From assembly GCA_051530055.1 (NCBI GenBank), contig CM121342.1:4649489-4713488 (forward strand): a stretch of 64,000 nt of DNA, written 5' to 3'. The translations under genes were made by a program, and so were the position numbers. Shown one piece after another: positions 12,436 through 22,649 of the stretch. The stretch is from Neoechinorhynchus agilis. Its lineage: Eukaryota > Animalia > Acanthocephala. The notes under the pieces were generated by a model. It saw nothing but the letters and a program-made list of their open reading frames with translations, had not been told where the DNA came from and searched no databases. Numbering within the stretch: the stretch's first letter is position 1; every line of letters begins with the position of its first letter.

Positions 12436-14355
12436 GAGTTGTAGAAATCCGAGGTCTGAAGTAGTATTCAGAAATCAACGGCGCTTTTGTAGCACAACAA
12501 TTTTGATCAATCAGCAACGCCCCAGAACAATTCATTTGTGGTTTTTGGTGGGCAAAAAAGAAACTTTTAAAGGCGTTCAAGATTGTGTCTCTGAAACCAA
12601 TCGAATTCAATAAATTTTTACTCGAGTTGTAGAAATCCGAGAAATCAGCGGTGCTTTTGTAGCACAATTTTGATCCATCAGCAACGCCGCCGAACAATTC
12701 ATTTGTGGTTTTTTGAGCTTTTGTTTGAAGATTTTCCATGTTTTTTATGGCGAAAAGGTTTTTTTTCGGTAAAAATGAAAACTTTTAAAGGCGTTCAAGA
12801 TTGTGTCTCCGAAACCAATCGAATTCAATAAATTTTTACTCGAGTTGTAGAAATCCGAGAAATCAACGGCGCTTTTGTAGCACAATTTTGATCCATCAGC
12901 AACGCCGCCGAACAATTCATTTGTGGTTTTTTGAGCTTTTGTTTGAAGATTTCCCATGTTTTTTTAAGGCGAAAAGGGTTTTTTCGGCAAAAAAGAAACT
13001 TTTAAAGGCGTTCAAGATTGTGTCTCTGAAACCAATCGAATTCAATAAATTTTTACTCGAGTTGTAGAAATCCGAGAAATCAGCGGTGCTTTTGTAGCAC
13101 AACAATTTTGATCCAACAGCAACGCCGCCGAACAATCCATCAGCAACGCCGCAGAACAATTCATTTGTGGTTTTTTGAGCTTTTGTTTGTAGATTTTCCA
13201 TGTTTTTATGGCGAAAAGGTTTTTTTTTCGGTAAAAAAGAAACTTTTAAGACGTTCAAGATTGTGTCTCTGAAACCAATTGAATTCAATAAATTTTTACT
13301 CGAGTTGTAGAAATCCGAGAAATCAACGGCGCTTTTGTAGCACAATTTTGATCCATCAGCAACGCCGCCGAACAATTCATTTGTGGTTTTTTGAGCTTTT
13401 GTTTGAAGATTTTCCATGTTTTTTTATGGCGAAAAGGTTTTTTTTCGGTAAAAAAAAAAGAAACTTTTAAAGACGTTCAAGATTGTGTCTCTGAAACCAA
13501 TTGGAAAATGGAATTCAATAAATTTTTACTCGAGTTGTAGAAATCCGAGAAATCAGCGGTGCTTTTGTAGCACAACAATTTTGATCCATCAGCAACGCCG
13601 CAGAACAATTCATTTGTGGTTTTTTGAGCTTTTGTTTGTAGATTTTCCATGTTTTTTTTATGGCGAAAAGGTTGTTTTTTCGGTAAAAAAGAAACTTTTA
13701 AAGACGTTCAAGATTGTGTCTCTGAAACCAATTGAATTCAATAAATTTTTACTCGAGTTGTAGAAATCCGAGAAATCAACGGTGCTTTTGTAGCACAACA
13801 AATTTGATCCATCAGCAACGCCCCAGAACAATTCATTTGTGGTTTTTTGAGCTTTTGTTTGAAGATTTTCCATGTTTTTTATGGCGAAAAGGTTTTTTTC
13901 GGCAAAAAGGAAACTTTTAAAGGCGTTCAAGATTGTGTCTCTGAAACCAATTGAATTCAATAAATTTTTACTCGAGTTGTAGAAATCCGAGAAATCAACG
14001 GTGCTTTTGTAGCACAATTTTGATCCATCAGCAACGCCGCCGAACAATTCATTTGTGGTTTTTGGTGGGCAAAAAAGAAACTTTTAAAGGCGTTCAAGAT
14101 TGTGTCTCTGAAACCAATTGAATTCAATAAATTTTTACTCGAGTTGTAGAAATCCGAGAAATCAACGGTGCTTTTGTAGCACAACAATTTTGATCCATCA
14201 GCAACGCCGCCGAACAATTCATTTGTGGTTTTTTAGTTTTTGTTTGAATATTTTCCATGTTTTTTTATGGCGAAAAGGTTTTTTTCGGCAAAAAGGAAAC
14301 TTTTAAAGGCGTTCAAAATTGTGTCTCCGAAACCAATTGAATTCAATAAATTTTA
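12436..14355. repeat. Satellite B, ~218-bp unit (167-243 variants), ~9 copies
   Basis: GAGTTGTAGAAATCCGAG recurs at 12436, 12624, 12842, 13059, 13302, 13532, 13755, 13974 and 14141. Confidence 0.95.
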
Positions 14356-14718
14356 AATTCCTTGCGCTATTAAAAAGATATTCATTTTAGTAAAACGCTC
14401 GCATGTTGTGCAGACTATTTCGGATCTTAAGAGGAATTTTACAATAAAAGCATTCAGGACAACAATATAAAATTAAACAATAACTAATTTAAAGATCAAA
14501 TTTTGATCGATGATAAAAAGACGTTTTTATGGTGGAAAATACGTTTGTTTTTGTTTAAAAAAACGGAAAATACGTCGGATTCAAAATGAAGTTTTAAAAA
14601 ATGATACCATTGGAGTTGTGTTGTGATCATAATCCCTTCCCGGATAAAACCTATTTCATTTTGGGTGTGTGATCATTCCACCATCCCGATTTATTTTCTT
14701 TTAACCGACTTCTTCGCA

Positions 14719-15432
14719 CTACTCGTCCTTATCTTTTGTATCTTCCAATTCATCCAAGAAAAATTCTCCGGTATTTAGCATATGACTAAGCCGATCGATT
14801 TCCTCGATCCCCTCAGCCTTATCGATTGCGCACCGTATTTGTTCCATTTGGTGAGCCGTCAATTTCAGTTTCTTCTCATCTCTCATCTCCTCGCCAACGC
14901 TATGATCGCGCTTCAAACTGGCACCTGAATTTGCCTTTTCTTCTTTAAAAAGAGCAGCAGCTTCTTGCCGTTCCCGTAGCGTCACTCTCTTAAAGTCCAG
15001 AACTCGAATTTGTGGCATTTTGTGAATGATATGAAGACGATAAGACTTGCTCATTGCAACCGGATTACGCATTAACGAAAGCATCCATAAGCACTTTAGA
15101 CCGAAAAGATGGTCGACTTCTTCGAGATCTTCAATGCTATTATTAGTCAGGATAAGAACCCGAAGATTCGGGATAGTCTCAGGAATGTCTCTCGATATCC
15201 GTTTTATTCGATTATTACTAAGGTAAAGCGATCTAAGCTTCGTCAATAAAGGAAATCCAGCCAATCGCTTGATTTCGTTGTCAGTCAGATCAATGGAATC
15301 GAACTGATTGAGAGTTGCGCCCAAATTCTCGATTACAGGAATACGGAGCCCTCGAATAATCAACTCATAATCCCCCACGGGGCTTATATGTTGAAGACTT
15401 TCCTGGATTAAATCGACCGTTAATCTGCCCAT
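14719..15432 (-). CDS. SNRPA1: U2 small nuclear ribonucleoprotein A' (intronless)
   Basis: MGRLTVDLIQES...YELIIRGLRIPVIENLGATLNQFDSIDLTDNEIKRLAGFPLL LRR series, LRR cap (NPVA....YRLHII..MPQIRVLDFKRV), and C-terminal IRCAIDKA..IEEIDRL..ML.TG. Confidence 0.97.
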   Translation of the reverse strand: MGRLTVDLIQESLQHISPVGDYELIIRGLRIPVIENLGATLNQFDSIDLTDNEIKRLAGFPLLTKLRSLYLSNNRIKRISRDIPETIPNLRVLILTNNSIEDLEEVDHLFGLKCLWMLSLMRNPVAMSKSYRLHIIHKMPQIRVLDFKRVTLRERQEAAALFKEEKANSGASLKRDHSVGEEMRDEKKLKLTAHQMEQIRCAIDKAEGIEEIDRLSHMLNTGEFFLDELEDTKDKDE

Positions 15433-15516
15433 TGCGTGATTGACTCATTTAAATCCAATCACTCGCGTCCGTAATAAATCTACGGAAGAATCACAGTTGC
15501 TGTCTATGGTATTTGT

Positions 15517-15702
15517 TTAATAAAGGAAATTCGACCAATCCCCTGATTTCGTGGTCAGATCAATGGGATCGAACTGATTGAGAGTTGCGCCCAAATTCTC
15601 GGTTACAGGAATACGGAGACCACGACTAATCAACTCATAATCTCCCACGGGGCTTATATGTTGAAGACTTTCCTGGATTAAATCGACCGTTAATCTGCCC
15701 AT
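15517..15702 (-). pseudogene. 5' partial duplicate of SNRPA1 (about codons 1-62, frameshifted)
   Basis: Near-identical to 15247-15432 but with a 4-nt deletion (CTGACTGAC to CTGAC) and premature stop. It is followed by the same ~85-bp spacer that precedes the intact gene. Confidence 0.9.
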
Positions 15703-15715
15703 TGCGTGATTGGCT

Positions 15716-18700
15716 TGTGGCGGCGACTTCTTTCACATGAATGACGGGCAGCCGTAAGAAGTTTCCTTTCGCCGAATGAAGGAAGGACAACACACATTTG
15801 ACCATTGTAGATAATAGTAAATATTTCGTCTTGATTACGTTTCGCCGTTAAATTGGTGACCCCGTCGAGACTGGCCTGGTCAGCGTCCTGACCAGGTCCA
15901 GCTGCCAGTACCACGCCGTCATCATACCAAGGTTCAACTCGGTTGCTCGACATCAGGCCCAGGGAAGCATCGTGACACGCGGACCTCCTTGCTCAACCCA
16001 ACAAGGAAGCGGCGTTCGCCAATGTCACCGATGCCTCGGGACTGGCAGTCGGCGCAGCCCACAAACAACGGAACAAAGACCACACCTGGCAGTTCTATCC
16101 TTTAGCAGGAAGCTTTACGATGCCGAGACGCGATAATCACCTTCAACAAGGTGCTTCAAACATGTCCTGGCACTTGAATCACCGATCCGGTGCTGCCCCC
16201 GGTACCTCCTCTCAAGCAACAGACGACTCGCTGCGGTCGTGGACGAAACGGATTGGTGCGGCGACACCGAGGGGAGGTATGTGGCGGCGACTTCTTTCAC
16301 ATGAATGACGGGCAGCCGTAAGAAGTTTCCTTTCGCCGTTGACCAATGTAGAAATAATAATAATAAATACTTCGTCTTGATTACGTGTCGCCGTTAAATT
16401 GGTGACCCCCGTCGAGACTGGCTGGTCAGCGTCCTGTCCAGGTCCAGCTGCCAGTACCACGCCGTCATCATACCGAGGAGTTCAACTCCCGGTTGCTCGA
16501 CATCAGGCCCAGGGAAGCATCGTGACACGCGGACCTCCTTGCTCAACCCAACAAGGAAGCAGCGTTCGCCAATGTCACCGATGCCTCGGGACTGGCAGTC
16601 GGCGCAGCCCACAAACAACGGAACAAAGACCACACCTGGCAGTTCTATCCTTTAGCAGGAAGCTTTACGATGCCGAGACGCGATAAAGCACCTTCAACAA
16701 GGTGCTTCAAACATGTCCTGGCACTTGAAATCACTGCCCGCGGCACTGTCAACAGACGACCACCAAAACGTTTTCAAGACACAATGCATTAGTGCGGCGA
16801 AACCGAGGAGAGGTAGATGGCGGCGACTTCTTTCACATGAATGACGGGCAGCCGTAAGAAGTTTCCTTTCGCCGAATGAAGGAAGGACAACACACATTTG
16901 ACCATTGTAGATAATAGTAAATATTTCGTCTTGATTACGTTTCGCCGTTAAATTGGTGACCCCGTCGAGACTGGCCTGGTCAGCGTCCCGATCAGGTCCA
17001 GCTGCCAGTACCACGCCGTCATCATACCAAGGTTCAACTCGGTTGCTCGACATCAGGCCCAGGGAAGCATCGTGACACGCGGACCTCCTTGCTCAACCCA
17101 ACAAGGAAGCAGCGTTCGCCAATGTCACCGATGCCTCGGGACTGGCAGTCGGCGCAGCCCACAAACAACGGAACAAAGACGGCACCTGGCAGTTCTATCC
17201 TTCAGCAGGAAGCTTTACGATGCCGAGACGCGATAATCACCTTCAACAAGGTGCTTCAAACATGTCCTGGCACTTGAATCACCGATCCGGTGCTGCCCCC
17301 GGTACCTCCTCTCAAGCAACAGACGACTCGCTGCGGTCGTGGACGAAACGGATTGGTGCGGCGACACCGAGGGGAGGTATGTGGCGGCGACTTCTTTCAC
17401 ATGAATGACGGGCAGCCGTAAGAAGTTTCCTTTCGCCGTTGACCAATGTAGAAATAATAATAATAAATACTTCGTCTTGATTACGTGTCGCCGTTAAATT
17501 GGTGACCCCGTCGAGACTGGCCTGGTCAGCGTCCTGACCAGGTCCAGCTGCCAGTACCACGCCGTCATCATACCGAGGTTCAACTCGGTTGCTCGACATC
17601 AGGCCCAGGGAAGCATCGTGACACGCGGACCTCCTTGCTCAACCCAACAAGGAAGCAGCGTTCGCCAATGTCACCGATGCCTCGGGACTGGCAGTCGGCG
17701 CAGCCCACAAACAACGGAACAAAGACGGCACCTGGCAGTTCTATCCTTCAGCAGGAAGCTTTACGATGCCGAGACGCGATAAAGCACCTTCAACAAGGTG
17801 CTTCAAACATGTCCTGGCACTTGAATCACCGATCCGGTGCTGCCCCCGGTACCTCCTCTCAAGCAACAGACGACTCGCTGCGGTCGTGGACGAAACGGAT
17901 TGGTGCGGCGACACCGAGGGGAGGTATGTGGCGGCGACTTCTTTCACATGAATGACGGGCAGCCGTAAGAAGTTTCCTTTCGCCGTTGACCAATGTAGAA
18001 ATAATAATAATAAATACTTCGTCTTGATTACGTGTCGCCGTTAAATTGGTGACCCCGTCGAGACTGGCCTGGTCAGCGTCCTGACCAGGTCCAGCTGCCA
18101 GTACCACGCCGTCATCATACCGAGGTTCAACTCGGTTGCTCGACATCAGGCCCAGGGAAGCATCGTGACACGCGGACCTCCTTGCTCAACCCAACAAGGA
18201 AGCAGCGTTCGCCAATGTCACCGATGCCTCGGGACTGGCAGTCGGCGCAGCCCACAAACAACGGAACAAAGACGGCACCTGGCAGTTCTATCCTTCAGCA
18301 GGAAGCTTTACGATGCCGAGACGCGATAATCACCTTCAACAAGGTGCTTCAAACATGTCCTGGCACTTGAATCACCGATCCGGTGCTGCCCCCGGTACCT
18401 CCTCTCAAGCAACAGACGACTCGCTGCGGTCGTGGACGAAACGGATTGGTGCGGCGACACCGAGGGGAGGTATGTGGCGGCGACTTCTTTCACATGAATG
18501 ACGGGCAGCCGTAAGAAGTTTCCTTTCGCCGTTGACCAATGTAGAAATAATAATAATAAATACTTCGTCTTGATTACGTGTCGCCGTTAAATTGGTGACC
18601 CCGTCGAGACGGCCTGGTCAGCGTCCTGACCAGGTCCAGCTGGTACCACGCCGTCATCATACCGAGGTTCAACTCGGTTGCTCGACATCAGGCCCAGGGA

Positions 18701-20427
18701 AGCATCGTGCACGCGGACCTCCTTGCTCAACCCAACAAGGAAGCAGCGTTCGCCAATGTCACCGATGCCGGGACTGGCAGTCGGCGCAGCCCACAAACAA
18801 CGGAACAAAGACGGCACCTGGCAGTTCTATCCTTCAGCAGGAAGCTTTACGATGCCGAGACGCGATAAAGCACCTTCAACAAGGTGCTTCAAACATGTCC
18901 TGGCACTTGAATCACCGATCCGGTGCTGCCCCCGGTACCTCCTCTCAAGCAACAGACGACTCGCTGCGGTCGTGGACGAAACGGATTGGTGCGGCGACAC
19001 CGAGGGGAGGTATGTGGCGGCGACTTCTTTCACATGAATGACGGGCAGCCGTAAGAAGTTTCCTTTCGCCGTTGACCAATGTAGAAATAATAATAATAAA
19101 TACTTCGTCTTGATTACGTGTCGCCGTTAAATTGGTGACCCCGTCGAGACTGGCCTGGTCAGCGTCCTGACCAGGTCCAGCTGCCAGTACCACGCCGTCA
19201 TCATACCGAGGTTCAACTCGGTTGCTCGACATCAGGCCCAGGGAAGCATCGTGACACGCGGACCTCCTTGCTCAACCCAACAAGGAAGCAGCGTTCGCCA
19301 ATGTCACCGATGCCTCGGGACTGGCAGTCGGCGCAGCCCACAAACAACGGAACAAAGACGGCACCTGGCAGTTCTATCCTTCAGCAGGAAGCTTTACGAT
19401 GCCGAGACGCGATAATCACCTTCAACAAGGTGCTTCAAACATGTCCTGGCACTTGAAATCACTGCCCGCGGCACTGTCAACAGACGACCACCAAAACGTT
19501 TTCAAGACACAATGCATTAGTGCGGCGAAACCGAGGAGAGGTATATGGCGGCGACTTCTTTCACATGAATGACGGGCAGCCGTAAGAAGTTTCCTTTCGC
19601 CGAATGAAGGAAGGACAACACACATTTGACCATTGTAGATAATAGTAAATATTTCGTCTTGATTACGTTTCGCCGTTAAATTGGTGACCCCGTCGAGACT
19701 GGCCTGGTCAGCGTCCCGATCAGGTCCAGCTGCCAGTACCACGCCGTCATCATACCAAGGTTCAACTCGGTTGCTCGACATCAGGCCCAGGGAAGCATCG
19801 TGACACGCGGACCTCCTTGCTCAACCCAACAAGGAAGCAGCGTTCGCCAATGTCACCGATGCCTCGGGACTGGCAGTCGGCGCAGCCCACAAACAACGGA
19901 ACAAAGACGGCACCTGGCAGTTCTATCCTTCAGCAGGAAGCTTTACGATGCCGAGACGCGATAATCACCTTCAACAAGGTGCTTCAAACATGTCCTGGCA
20001 CTTGAATCACCGATCCGGTGCTGCCCCCGGTACCTCCTCTCAAGCAACAGACGACTCGCTGCGGTCGTGGACGAAACGGATTGGTGCGGCGACACCGAGG
20101 GGAGGTATGTCACCTGGCAGTTCTATCCTTCAGCAGGAAGCTTTACGATGCCGAGACGCGATAAAGCACCTTCAACAAGGTGCTTCAAACATGTCCTGGC
20201 ACTTGAATCACCGATCCGGTGCTGCCCCCGGTACCTCCTCTCAAGCAACAGACGACTCGCTGCGGTCGTGGACGAAACGGATTGGTGCGGCGACACCGAG
20301 GGGAGGTATGTGGCGGCGACTTCTTTCACATGAATGACGGGCAGCCGTAAGAAGTTTCCTTTCGCCGTTGACCAATGTAGAAATAATAATAATAAATACT
20401 TCGTCTTGATTACGTGTCGCCGCTAAA
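15716..20427 (+). mobile_element. Tandem array of a non-autonomous miniature LTR retrotransposon (TRIM) derived from Ty3/Gypsy; 9 LTRs, ~547-bp period
   Basis: LTRs start TGTGGCGGCGAC (GA/TA variants) at 15716, 16280, 16816, 17380, 17927, 18473, 19013, 19544 and 20309, and end GTCGCCG(T/C)TAAA. Each internal LTR is followed by PBS TGGTGACCCCG; each LTR after the first is preceded by PPT GAGG(G/A)GAGG. GGCT flanks both ends (15712-15715, 20428-20431), and the empty-site sequence is visible at 15433-15455. The internal region encodes a relic LLAQPNKEAAFANVTDASGLAVGAA..Q..KDGTWQ / LSFSRKLYDAETR*STFNK, typical of Ty3/Gypsy RNase H. Confidence 0.92.
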
Positions 20428-20431
20428 GGCT

Positions 20432-20613
20432 CATTTGAATCCAATCGGTCGCGTCCGTAATAAATCTACGGAAGATTCGCAGTTACCGTCTTTGGTGTTT
20501 GTTTAATAAAGGAAATTCGGCCAATCGCTTGATTTCGTGGTCAGTTCAATGGACTCGAACTGATTGAGAGTTGCGCCCAAATTCTCGGTTACAGGAAAAC
20601 GGAGCCCACGAAT
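20432..20613 (-). pseudogene. Third SNRPA1 fragment (about codons 27-62) plus spacer
   Basis: 20505-20613 matches SNRPA1 (GLRFPVTENLGATLNQFESIELT) with the same 4-nt deletion as copy 2. 20432-20504 matches the spacer at 15445-15516. Confidence 0.88.
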
Positions 20614-20758
20614 TTTTATGAAGTTGATGTTTCGCTTATTACGCTCTCATTGGTAGAAAATGTTTTTCTCGAATACAGTTTGTTTAAACTAAATTTTCTG
20701 AAGTTTTCGTTCACCATGGTCAAACCGAGCACTAAAATCTATGTATTATTTTTTAATC

Positions 20759-21217
20759 TTAAGATTCACAAGTCTGGGTATTGTCCATGAGTTCGTTGTA
20801 GTCGAACACAATTTCATTGTTGATTCGATTTCCAATGCTTAGGTTTCCGTGTTTGCTCACCAACTCATCACTCAATTTCCTGGCTTCTGTGCAGTTGTGT
20901 GCAAACATCCGAACGTAACTGAGTCCGAATTTCTTGACTAGATTCGCCGCCAACTTGCACTTTTGGACCACAGTCGTCCAGGCTGATTCCGGTTTGAGGC
21001 TTATGGACTCACTGTATGTCGTGTTATGATGAATACCGAGCTTTAGGAGCACTGATTGTATGTAGTTCAAGGAGTGTCTTAAGTACGATTTAATTGTACT
21101 GAGACCACTAACTTCCGGCTTAAAATAGATGCGGGTAGGTCTGCTTGTGGCTTGTGGTTCTTTTATGTGCGTATCAATGTTTATCAATAGGACAAAAAAC
21201 AAATTGAGAACAAACAA
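20759..21217 (-). CDS. Orphan ORF with hydrophobic N-terminus; no upstream ATG in frame
   Basis: 152-codon open frame beginning at TTG (FVLNLFFVLLINI). There is an in-frame stop 7 codons upstream, so this is a terminal exon or a pseudogene. Confidence 0.35.
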   Translation of the reverse strand: MFVLNLFFVLLINIDTHIKEPQATSRPTRIYFKPEVSGLSTIKSYLRHSLNYIQSVLLKLGIHHNTTYSESISLKPESAWTTVVQKCKLAANLVKKFGLSYVRMFAHNCTEARKLSDELVSKHGNLSIGNRINNEIVFDYNELMDNTQTCES

Positions 21218-21230
21218 AATACTGATAGAT

Positions 21231-21605
21231 AAAGACTACCGGCTGATTCATCCATAAAAATGCTAAAACAATAGGATGGTTTATTCCCTAGTTGTGCTGA
21301 TGAGGTTTTCAAGTAGACCAAAGCTTTAGATCCCAGTTTGTTGGGTCAACTGGTTCGAATCGGACAACCAAAGGAGACGAAATACCTCCCTAAAGGGAAG
21401 AGAAAACCCACTGATGAGTCCCACGTCCTCGGGGGGTATCTGAGAATCCGGAGAGATGTACGGTCTTGGGGCGTTGAGCACAGACCAGCACCGTCCCAGA
21501 CGAATGAATCGGCGGCGGACTGTGGATGTTCATTCGGTCGTGTATGGGAAAACATATCTACCAAAAAAGACTACCGGCTGAGCCACACATAAAAATTCTA
21601 AAAAA
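21231..21605. repeat. ~375-bp GC-richer structured segment bounded by ~40-bp imperfect direct repeats; partial second copy at window positions 4-29
   Basis: AAAGACTACCGGCTGA...CATAAAAAT at 21231 and 21566. TATCTGAG(A/G)ATCCGGAGAGATGTACG at 21437-21462 matches positions 4-29 at 25/26. Confidence 0.6.
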
Positions 21606-21819
21606 ACATACTATTTTGAGCCTTTTTATCCAAAATCACATTTTTCTAATTTGGGCTTTAACAATTAGGTGCTCTGTATTCATGTACATTTTTCAGCCTT
21701 GAGATCATTGCGAATCGGAAATCATGTTGTTTTTTAATTGAAATATTTCGAAAGAGTTCATTTATGTTTAAATTTTAAGTAATTACTAAAGTTTCATTTT
21801 CTTAAATTTTATAAATGGT

Positions 21820-22311
21820 CTACATTGATACGCGGTCTATTACTAGATTCGGTAGTTGTCCGAATAGAAGTGTTCCATAATTGTTTAGAGTGCATTTACG
21901 TTTGAAATCGATTCCAAATGCCGGATACGTTTTGGTGTTTCTCCAACTAAAATGGCTAGAAAGTCTTCGATAAACGTCTAGTTTCTGCTTGTGTTTGTTT
22001 AGCTTATTAAAGTATGTATCGAACGGGAATCTGATAAAGAAAGTCTTTTCTTTGAGATTCGCGAATACAGCCGTAACATTCGACGGGACGTTATCGATAA
22101 CGAACATTCCTCGGATAAATGCAATTCTCCCCGTGCTGATTCGAGCGTTTTCCAGCAGGAAATGAGTTAGATCGCACATTCGGTCACGAGAAATGAGCCT
22201 AACGTCATAGAGGGAAATCGTTGTGAGATCTCTTAGGAACGATTGACCTCGGTTAACACGAACAGGGTCCACCTTATCCGAATGACGAATTTGACAGCCT
22301 GACTTTATCAT
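21820..22311 (-). CDS. Orphan protein (~163 aa)
   Basis: ATG-initiated ORF of about 490 nt in AT-rich DNA; no motif recognised. Confidence 0.45.
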   Translation of the reverse strand: MIKSGCQIRHSDKVDPVRVNRGQSFLRDLTTISLYDVRLISRDRMCDLTHFLLENARISTGRIAFIRGMFVIDNVPSNVTAVFANLKEKTFFIRFPFDTYFNKLNKHKQKLDVYRRLSSHFSWRNTKTYPAFGIDFKRKCTLNNYGTLLFGQLPNLVIDRVSM

Positions 22312-22649
22312 CAAATGTTTTGTTTATTTTTTAAGTGCTTACCTTTTCCATGAATGGATTTTAGACAAAAAAGCGTTATCAGAAGATAACTAATCATTCT
22401 TACGCTATGGTGAAAACAAAAAGGTTTTTTTGGTGAGAATGAGTACGCAACTCGCGCTGTTGCAAATACGGTCGTATTGTGCTTTTACGAATGGGGAATC
22501 AATAACAATGTTGAGATAAGGAGAGGAAAATTGGTCTCGGTCTTTCATTAATCCCATTTTAAGTTTACCTTACATGCTAAAAAGCATAGAACCCTACTCC
22601 GTTTTATTTATTGCACAGCCTCTGTCTTTTTCGGATCCTTTTATCATTC

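Noticed and set aside
12290-14306. Repeated MENLQTKAQK... ORFs
   Set aside because: The unit length is variable and frame-breaking, with homopolymer indels; this is satellite, not a repeat protein.
15690-20444. Repeated ORFs (MSSNRVEP..., MKEVAAT..., MLNPTRKQ...) in the GC-rich array
   Set aside because: Non-coding frames of the TRIM unit; the only homology I recognise is a broken RNase H relic on the plus strand.
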